A stretch of DNA of 64,000 nt from Dehalococcoidia bacterium (GTDB taxonomy: Bacteria > Chloroflexota > Dehalococcoidia > Lucifugimonadales > UBA3495). This document shows, one piece after another, positions 57,721 to 64,000 of the stretch. The notes under the pieces were generated by a model. The model was not told the DNA's origin. It searched no databases and worked only from the letters and a program-made list of their open reading frames with translations. The position numbers were made by a program, and so were the translations under genes. The DNA lies in NCBI GenBank assembly GCA_003523055.1, contig DPHC01000008.1:5967-69966 (forward strand), read 5' to 3'. How positions within the stretch are numbered: position 1 is the stretch's first letter; each line of letters begins with the position of its first letter.

Positions 57721-58932
57721 CTATCTATTGTAAGCTGATTCTCCGTGCTGATTAGAGTCAAGACCTTCTTGTTCTTCTTGTTCTGTAACTCTGAGGCCGA
57801 TGGTATATTTAATGGCCAATAAAATCACTGAAGTCATAACAAATGACCAAATCCATGTCACTACGATACCTATAACTTGTACAGTTATTTGATCCCAGTA
57901 TTCAGGACTGAAAACTCCTGGCAAACCAGCAGCAGCAAATCCTACTCCTGCAAACAAACCAGTAGCTAATGCTCCCCATGTGCCGCCCATTCCATGGACT
58001 CCCCACACAGCTAATGCATCATCAACACCTAATTTCAATAAGAGTTCTATAGAAAGGTAGCATATAACACCTGCTCCTAAACCTATGAATAAGGCAGGTA
58101 TCACTCCTACGAATCCACATGCTGGAGTTATAGCTACTAACCCAGCAATAGCTCCAGAGGCGGCTCCTACAGCTCCAGGTTTTTTACCCATTACTAAAGC
58201 CATTCCAAGCCAGGTAACCATACCCATTGCAGCAGCAGTATTAGTAACTACAAAAGCATTTACTGCAAATTCATTAGCCGCTAATGCACTACCGGCATTA
58301 AACCCAAACCATCCGAACCATAGGAATCCAGCTCCCATTAATATCATAGGTATGTTGTGTTCAGAAGAATCATGCTGCACTCCTGCAGCATGCTTGAATC
58401 CCATTCTAGGGCCAATTATTAATGCAGCTGCCAAAGCACCTATACCAGAATTTATATGTACTACGGTGCCACCGGCAAAGTCCAGTGCTCCCATTTCAAA
58501 CAACCATCCTCCAGATGCCCAAACCCAATGAGCAACTGGTGCATACACTATGGTTACCCACGCAACTACAAACACTGCGTATGCAGAAAATTTCATTCTT
58601 TCTGCAAAAGCTCCTGTTATAAGAGCTGGCGTAATAATTGCAAACATACATTGAAAGATCATGAACAGCATATCATCGGTGTTTTCCAAACCTGATAATG
58701 CCAAATAGTCCATTCCTCCAATAAATCCTCCAATAGATGTACCGAAAGCTATGCTGTAGCCCCATAACACCCAAACCACACTACAAAGTCCCATAGCTAC
58801 AAAGCTATGCATTATTGTGGTGATTGCATTTTTTCTGCTTACCATTCCGCCGTAAAACAATCCCAATCCAGGTGTCATCAACAGAACTAAAGCTGAACAA
58901 GTCATAATCCAAGCTAAATCAGCTGGTGCCAT
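57721..58932 (-). CDS. amt: Ammonium transporter
   Basis: Eleven-TM Gly/Ala-rich protein with DFAGGTVVHINSG and GVHGMGGTWGAL motifs. Confidence 0.95.
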   Translation of the reverse strand: MAPADLAWIMTCSALVLLMTPGLGLFYGGMVSRKNAITTIMHSFVAMGLCSVVWVLWGYSIAFGTSIGGFIGGMDYLALSGLENTDDMLFMIFQCMFAIITPALITGAFAERMKFSAYAVFVVAWVTIVYAPVAHWVWASGGWLFEMGALDFAGGTVVHINSGIGALAAALIIGPRMGFKHAAGVQHDSSEHNIPMILMGAGFLWFGWFGFNAGSALAANEFAVNAFVVTNTAAAMGMVTWLGMALVMGKKPGAVGAASGAIAGLVAITPACGFVGVIPALFIGLGAGVICYLSIELLLKLGVDDALAVWGVHGMGGTWGALATGLFAGVGFAAAGLPGVFSPEYWDQITVQVIGIVVTWIWSFVMTSVILLAIKYTIGLRVTEQEEQEGLDSNQHGESAYNR

Positions 58933-58982
58933 AATCTCCCCCTAATATCATTTAATTATATCTGGGAGTTTAACGGCAACAA

Positions 58983-59043
58983 ATTACATCAAAATTACAG
59001 ATTGTTTACGACGGAGTAAATTCTCTGTTACATTCATGTTACG
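58983..59043. promoter_or_regulatory. Array of helically phased (A/G/T)TTAC repeats in the amt/queF divergent intergenic region (candidate nitrogen-regulator boxes)
   Basis: ATTAC 58983, ATTAC 58993, TTTAC 59005, GTAAA 59016 (inverted), GTTAC 59027, GTTAC 59038. The last four pentamers are each separated by exactly 6 nt. Confidence 0.35.
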
Positions 59044-59140
59044 AATTTTAAATCTCGTCCTAGGTTTTTACTTTAATAATTAATACCTTTCTAACAATTT
59101 AATCTGATATCATATATAAGATTATACTTTTGGAGTTTAT

Positions 59141-59563
59141 ATGACTGCTCTTGACGATTTACAACAACAATACATTGATCTTGAATTCGAAATAGATATT
59201 AAGCCTGAGGCAGAAATCAGATCGCAGGCACTATTAGTATTCGAATATGACTATCCAGAACAATCATCAGTTATTGACTTAGACACCGAAGAATTTACTG
59301 CCGTTTGCCCCTGGACTGGTTTGCCTGACTATGGAAGTTTATTAATACGATACATCCCAAGTACAACTTGCATTGAACTAAAATCTTTGAAATATTATTT
59401 GCTATCATTTAGAGATGTAGGAATAGTCCAAGAACATGCCGCAAATAGGATATTAAAAGATCTCGTTAAACTTTGCTCTCCAAAATTCATGAAAGTTACA
59501 TTAGATTACAAACCTCGTGGAGGAATTCACACTACTGTCACTGTTGAACATCCAGAACTATAG
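59141..59563 (+). CDS. queF: NADPH-dependent 7-cyano-7-deazaguanine (preQ0) reductase, unimodular type
   Basis: EFTAVCPWTGLPDYG (catalytic Cys), the QueF motif ELKSLKYYL, and IVQEH. Confidence 0.9.
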   Translation: MTALDDLQQQYIDLEFEIDIKPEAEIRSQALLVFEYDYPEQSSVIDLDTEEFTAVCPWTGLPDYGSLLIRYIPSTTCIELKSLKYYLLSFRDVGIVQEHAANRILKDLVKLCSPKFMKVTLDYKPRGGIHTTVTVEHPEL

Positions 59564-59566
59564 TCT

Positions 59567-60286
59567 ATGAAAGTATTTGCGGTAAGCCTATTATCAGGTG
59601 GATTAGATTCTACAACAGTAACAACCATCGCAGCATCTTCAACTACCAATCTAGATGGGTTAACGTTTTTCTACGGCCAAAACCACTCTAAAGAAATAGA
59701 ACAGGCAAAATTAGTAGCCGAACATCTAGGAATACATCACAAAGTCATATCCATTGAATCTTTTAAAGAACTAGCCTGGTATTCTGCTTTAACGGATAAG
59801 GAATCAAACGACATTCCAATTGATAATAAGTTCATTGGAAATCAAATTCCTATTACTTATGTACCGCTCCGAAACTCGATGTTTGTAACCTTAGCTGCTT
59901 CATATTTAGAAAGTAAAATACTATATGCTATTGAACAAAACAAAGAAAATCCAAACAATATTGAAGCTCACATTTTTCTGGCTCCTAATATTGTAGATTA
60001 TAGCGGATATCCAGATTGTAGACCTGAATTTTATAAATCAATCTCTCATACGATAAATTTAGGGAGTAAAATTTATAATGAATATAATATTAAGTTTACG
60101 ATTAAAACGCCTATCATAAATCTAAGCAAAAAAGAAATCATTTTGCTCGCAAGAAAAATCTCCGCACCACTAGATAAAACTTGGAGTTGTTATCAAAACG
60201 AACCTACGCCATGTCAAAAGTGTGATAGTTGCATTTTACGAGCGAAAGGATTCAATGAGGCCGGGATGCAAGATCCTATCTTATAA
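59567..60286 (+). CDS. queC: 7-cyano-7-deazaguanine synthase
   Basis: PP-loop SLLSGGLDSTT, YVPLRNS, and a C-terminal Zn cysteine cluster CYQNEPTPCQKCDSC. Confidence 0.9.
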   Translation: MKVFAVSLLSGGLDSTTVTTIAASSTTNLDGLTFFYGQNHSKEIEQAKLVAEHLGIHHKVISIESFKELAWYSALTDKESNDIPIDNKFIGNQIPITYVPLRNSMFVTLAASYLESKILYAIEQNKENPNNIEAHIFLAPNIVDYSGYPDCRPEFYKSISHTINLGSKIYNEYNIKFTIKTPIINLSKKEIILLARKISAPLDKTWSCYQNEPTPCQKCDSCILRAKGFNEAGMQDPIL

Positions 60287-61144
60287 ATCCAACGACAATG
60301 ATATTTGTTCATTTTTAATTTTTATTAATGATATTCCTAACCACCAATGTTTACCCTGCCCTCTCCGCTTACGAACAAACCCAAATTCTCTTAAACCCAA
60401 GCCAAATCCTCTCTGAGACAAGCATTCTACATTCTGGTCATTAGACCAATTCTTATATGCTTCATACAAATCTCCCGCTAAAGACATGTTATCGTTATTA
60501 ACCACACATTCCAGGTTAACAAATCCTTTAATATTTTGATATTTTTTAGTGTGACGTTTATTACGGCTCTTATCATTATTTGCCTCATAAGATGCAAACG
60601 GGTCACTCGTAGCCTTGTCATTTATAATAGATTTTGACAAATTCAAAATATCAACAAACTCTTCTATACCGCCAAAATGGTCCCAACTAACAGCTGTTCC
60701 ATTCAATTCTCTGCAGTCAAATTCTCTATATGGATCGTGTGTATAAAACACAGTTTGAAATTCTGTATCACATTGCCATATTGGGTACATTGGGTCATTA
60801 ATAAAAGCTACTGCTAATAAATGAACAACACATCTAACATATTTAATTGTGTTGTCAGTTTCATTAATGGGATTGGTAGAAAATACACTTTTTAAAATGG
60901 TATCAAGCTCTACAGCAGTAAACGCAAAAGTTGTCTGCAAGTTATTCCTAACAGCAGGTAACAAAGACTCTCTATTCCTACTTGTAGAGCTACTGGTTTC
61001 GTGCGAAAAGTCAAATTTATTACTTGCATGACCTTTATAAGAGTACCGATCAAGAACTAATTTTCCGTTTTGCGCGGTCTCCAATAAAGATAATGACAGG
61101 TAAAAATTACTCTGCAATGCCGCCAATCTATCTTCTAAATTCAT
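60281..61144 (-). CDS. Hypothetical protein with a C-terminal phage/plasmid-primase-C-terminal-like (winged-helix) segment
   Basis: The last ~70 aa, DLYEAYKNWSNDQNVECLSQRGFGLGLREFGFVRKRRGQGKHWWLGISL, resemble the P4/D5-type primase C-terminal motif. The N-terminal ~200 aa are unrecognised. Confidence 0.5.
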   Translation of the reverse strand: MNLEDRLAALQSNFYLSLSLLETAQNGKLVLDRYSYKGHASNKFDFSHETSSSTSRNRESLLPAVRNNLQTTFAFTAVELDTILKSVFSTNPINETDNTIKYVRCVVHLLAVAFINDPMYPIWQCDTEFQTVFYTHDPYREFDCRELNGTAVSWDHFGGIEEFVDILNLSKSIINDKATSDPFASYEANNDKSRNKRHTKKYQNIKGFVNLECVVNNDNMSLAGDLYEAYKNWSNDQNVECLSQRGFGLGLREFGFVRKRRGQGKHWWLGISLIKIKNEQISLSLDL

Positions 61145-61170
61145 ATTACACCGGGAACACTAATCTACAT

Positions 61171-62142
61171 TTATTCGTTCAAATCCATAACAACTTTAAT
61201 GACGTTGTCTTGTCTTTGTTCATACATATCATAAGCAGCTTGCACTTCTGAAAACCCCATTTTATGAGTAAGCAAGGGAGCAGGATCACACCATCCTCTT
61301 TCTCGTAAAGCCACTATGTCTTGTATTTGGCCAATTGGATCCCCGCTTCGAGCGCCTGTAGTGGGTATAATAGTCGGTTGAAGATTCATCCAAGTATTGT
61401 GCTCAACTGGTACAAATGTATCAGCTTGCACACCGAATACTATGATAGTCCCGAACTGTTTAATATGCTTAAAAGCTAAATTTAACGTATCTGGGTAACC
61501 GGCAGCCTCTACAGTAATATCAGCCCCAAGCCCTCCAGTTAATTCACTAATTGCATCATCTAAATTCTCTTTGTCAGGATTTATTGTATGAGTCGCTCCA
61601 AATAATTTAGATTTCTCTAATCTATAGTCTAATGGGTCTACTACTATCACATTTCTTGCTCCCAACCGTGAAACTATCATTGTAAAACTTAAGCCTATGC
61701 TACCCTGTCCAAATATAACTACGTTTTTACTTAATACACTACCCATCTTCCTACATGCATAAAGCACGGTTCCGGAAGGTTGACACATCAACCATTCATC
61801 TAAAGGGCCTTGTTCAGGTAATACGATCATTCTGCTAGGGTCAGATACTACATATTGTTGCAAGCCACCAGTGCCTCTCGCCGGTATCACTATTACTCTT
61901 TGTCCTTCTTTGATTGAATCAGTTCGACTTTCTAATACTACTCCGGCTAATTCATGGCAAGGCAAGCCTGGATCCATCGGATAAGCTGATTCCTCTTTAA
62001 TCGGGCCATAATGATGCCTTATATCACTACCACAAACCGAAACTTTCTCTAGTTTTACCAAACATTGCCCGTCAATTGCCTGGGGTTGTTCGATATCTAT
62101 AAATTCAAAATGTTTAGGCGCCGTTAATCTTACTGCTTTCAT
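61171..62142 (-). CDS. Zinc-dependent (MDR) alcohol/polyol dehydrogenase
   Basis: VCGSDIRH, CHELAG and FGQGSIGL Rossmann motif. Confidence 0.85.
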   Translation of the reverse strand: MKAVRLTAPKHFEFIDIEQPQAIDGQCLVKLEKVSVCGSDIRHHYGPIKEESAYPMDPGLPCHELAGVVLESRTDSIKEGQRVIVIPARGTGGLQQYVVSDPSRMIVLPEQGPLDEWLMCQPSGTVLYACRKMGSVLSKNVVIFGQGSIGLSFTMIVSRLGARNVIVVDPLDYRLEKSKLFGATHTINPDKENLDDAISELTGGLGADITVEAAGYPDTLNLAFKHIKQFGTIIVFGVQADTFVPVEHNTWMNLQPTIIPTTGARSGDPIGQIQDIVALRERGWCDPAPLLTHKMGFSEVQAAYDMYEQRQDNVIKVVMDLNE

Positions 62143-62344
62143 ATTTCACTCCAACAAATCTCTAAAGTAAATGAATAATACCTTTAATACACTATAAATA
62201 TCAATTAGCTCTATAAATTACATTCTATTCATTTGATAATCATATAAAAGTCCATAAATATATTATGCCTATCCAAAAAGCCTATTTGACAGCAGTTAGC
62301 AATCGAGTTAGCCTTGATTTATATTCATATAGGAACATAGCATT

Positions 62345-63142
62345 TTGGTAAAATCTACAGAATTCATAAAAATTTGCCACCGAAAATTGGTCGCTACAGT
62401 AACCATAAACAGGCCCGAAGCGCTAAATTCCATCAACTATGATATGTGGTTAGAATTAACGAACATCCTTGATTTACTGGATCAAGATCTTCAAACACGG
62501 TGCATAATAATAACTGGAGCTGGTGAAAAAGCTTTCTGTGCAGGAGCAGATATTGCTGAGTTTAAGGATTTTAGATCTGATTCAGAAAAAGGTAAATCCT
62601 ATAACAATAGAGTAGACTGTCTATTGAACACCATAAGACACCTGAATACCCCAATCATCGCGATGGTCAATGGGATAGCCGCAGGCGGAGGGTGTGAGAT
62701 ATCAGTAGCAGCAGATTTAAGAATCGGATCAACAAATAGTAAGCTAGGGATTCCAGTAGCTAAACTAGGAATTACGATCGGCCATGCAGAAATGAAATCG
62801 TTAGTAGAATTGGTAGGCCGTGGAACCGCGATGTATATACTTTTAACCGGTAGACTTTTAAATGCAGATGAAGCGCTCAAATCAGGTCTTCTGAATCATG
62901 TAGTTGATCAGTCAGTTCTAGTATCCTTCACTAACGCCATCGCAGAAGAAATAGCAGACCTAGCTCCGCTGTCACACGCGGGTAACAAACAAACCATGAA
63001 TCATATATCTGAAATTTCCAGTTTAAATGAGTTAAATGAGCAACAAAAAATGCTACCCTTAGCCCAATTTGATACAGCGGATTATCAAGAAGGATTTAAC
63101 GCGTTCCTTGAAAAACGAAAACCTTCTTTTGAAGGAAAGTAA
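62345..63142 (+). CDS. Enoyl-CoA hydratase/isomerase (crotonase) family protein
   Basis: VTINRPEALNS, ITGAGEKAFCAGADI, NGIAAGGGCEI, and a C-terminal EGFNAFLEKRKP. TTG start. Confidence 0.85.
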   Translation: MVKSTEFIKICHRKLVATVTINRPEALNSINYDMWLELTNILDLLDQDLQTRCIIITGAGEKAFCAGADIAEFKDFRSDSEKGKSYNNRVDCLLNTIRHLNTPIIAMVNGIAAGGGCEISVAADLRIGSTNSKLGIPVAKLGITIGHAEMKSLVELVGRGTAMYILLTGRLLNADEALKSGLLNHVVDQSVLVSFTNAIAEEIADLAPLSHAGNKQTMNHISEISSLNELNEQQKMLPLAQFDTADYQEGFNAFLEKRKPSFEGK

Positions 63143-63143
63143 C

Positions 63144-63908
63144 ATGGATGAGGACAAATTACCAATAATAAAAAAGACAAAAAAAATACGAGCTGACGTA
63201 TTACTAGTAAAGAACAATCAAGTAGAAACAAGACAAAAAGCTCAGGCATTAATCATGCAAGGTTCCGCTTACGATCCAAGTGGGAAAATAATTAAACCAG
63301 GAACCCTATTAGACGAATCTCATACACTTATTGTTAAAGAGCAGTTACCTTATGTTGGAAGAGGTGGCGTTAAAATGGCCCATGCTCTAAAAACCTTTGA
63401 TATAGATGTTGCGGATTTAACAATCCTGGATGTTGGAGCTTCTACTGGCGGATTTACTGACTGTGCTATTCAAAGAGGTGCTTCCCACATATACGCCTTA
63501 GATGTTGGGCATGGACAAATCCATCACAGCCTGCAAAACAAACCCAATATTACAATAATAGAAAAAACTAACGCCAGATACCCTTTTGACTTACCAACTA
63601 AAGTACATGGGATATTCATTGATGTTGCATTTATTTCAAATAGGCTAATATTACCTGAGGTCAGTACACATTTAAAAAATGATGGCTTTATTATTTGTCT
63701 TATAAAGCCCCAATTCGAAGCTGGGCAAGAATATGTCGGATACCGTGGCGTTATCAGAGATCCAAAGGTACATGAAATGGTCATTACAGACTTTAAAACC
63801 TGGGCACAGGATAACAAATTCAATGTATTAGAATTGTGTGATTCTCCAATTTCAGGAAGAAACGGCAATAAAGAATTTTTCGCTTACTTAACAAAAAATT
63901 TAGATTAG
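63144..63908 (+). CDS. tlyA: TlyA-family rRNA 2'-O-methyltransferase (S4 plus FtsJ domains)
   Basis: S4-like RADVLLVKNNQVETRQKAQALIMQG and SAM motif LDVGASTGGFTDC. ATG at 63144, 2 nt after the crotonase stop. The ORF track start at 63069 is unlikely. Confidence 0.85.
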   Translation: MDEDKLPIIKKTKKIRADVLLVKNNQVETRQKAQALIMQGSAYDPSGKIIKPGTLLDESHTLIVKEQLPYVGRGGVKMAHALKTFDIDVADLTILDVGASTGGFTDCAIQRGASHIYALDVGHGQIHHSLQNKPNITIIEKTNARYPFDLPTKVHGIFIDVAFISNRLILPEVSTHLKNDGFIICLIKPQFEAGQEYVGYRGVIRDPKVHEMVITDFKTWAQDNKFNVLELCDSPISGRNGNKEFFAYLTKNLD

Positions 63909-63927
63909 AATAATTAGTGAGGTACTC

Positions 63928-64000
63928 ATGGAGATCGAACAAATAGCCAAAATATTGATTAAACAAAATAAAACCGTCTCTGTTGCTGAAGCATGTACAT
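63928..64000 (+). CDS. 5' end of a CinA/PncC-like (nicotinamide-nucleotide amidase domain) gene, truncated by the window edge
   Basis: MEIEQIAKILIKQNKTVSVAEACT matches the start of the CinA C-terminal-domain family (..tlatAESCTGG). Only 24 codons are visible. Confidence 0.45.
   Translation, partial: MEIEQIAKILIKQNKTVSVAEACT

Noticed and set aside
58933-59140. preQ1 riboswitch upstream of queF-queC.
   Set aside because: I looked for the small P1 hairpin followed by an A-rich CUA-containing tail typical of preQ1-I. No convincing stem plus tail was found in the 208-nt leader. A covariance-model scan would be needed to be sure.
62295-62312. Direct repeat GTTAGC-n6-GTTAGC and a TTGACA hexamer (62286-62291) upstream of the crotonase gene, as a promoter/operator.
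   Set aside because: The repeat is short (6 bp x2). The TTGACA has no -10 element at suitable spacing; the nearest TATATT is 28 nt away. This is too weak to call.
1-64000. CRISPR arrays, tRNA/rRNA genes, IS elements, integrases, and toxin-antitoxin or restriction-modification style defence modules.
   Set aside because: No repeat-spacer periodicity, no GC-rich structured RNA-like intergenic segments (the gaps are short and AT-rich), and no transposase/recombinase/nuclease-helicase motifs were seen in any of the listed ORFs.

Overview
Visibly AT-rich, very tightly packed bacterial DNA. Many start/stop overlaps (ATGA, TAATG) and three convergent gene pairs with overlapping stops suggest a streamlined genome. 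No rRNA, tRNA, CRISPR array, transposase or integrase was recognised.

Positions 1-~49,000 form one co-directional (+ strand) surface-glycan biosynthesis island of about 45 genes. In order it contains:
(a) a fused ABC exporter;
(b) a seven-gene block (1950-9621) whose content and order match, from my memory of the family, the Campylobacter jejuni O-methyl phosphoramidate (MeOPN) pathway. It holds a PEP-utilising/ATP-grasp glutamine-kinase-like enzyme, a class-I amidotransferase-like hydrolase, a nucleotidyltransferase, an APS-kinase-like kinase and two SAM methyltransferases, plus a sulfotransferase-fold protein;
(c) a nonulosonic/ulosonic acid block with two NeuB-family synthases, two CMP-transferases, a NeuC-type epimerase and a KdsC-type phosphatase. 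Tailoring enzymes here include a radical SAM/SPASM enzyme, an AsnB-like amidotransferase, a PIG-L deacetylase, a formyltransferase-fold protein, a D-2-hydroxyacid dehydrogenase and an M14-like protein. There are three candidate transferases;
(d) a CDP-dideoxyhexose set (rfbF/G/H-like), four GT4 glycosyltransferases, a GT2 plus GT-C pair, two WecB copies, a carbamoyltransferase, a BNR-like protein, a bi-domain oxidoreductase and a small initiating phosphoglycosyl transferase.

Positions ~49,000-64,000 are core housekeeping genes: acyl-CoA dehydrogenase, ligA, pth, a lipoprotein metalloprotease, two glutamine synthetases plus amt, queF-queC, an orphan protein, a Zn-ADH, a crotonase, tlyA and the start of a CinA-like gene. 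The nitrogen genes carry shared TGTTACG-type repeat/palindrome elements.

The most interesting candidate is the MeOPN-like phosphoramidate module outside Campylobacter, paired with a sulfotransferase-fold protein that may be its transferase. All functional calls come from motif and family recognition by eye. No searches were run.
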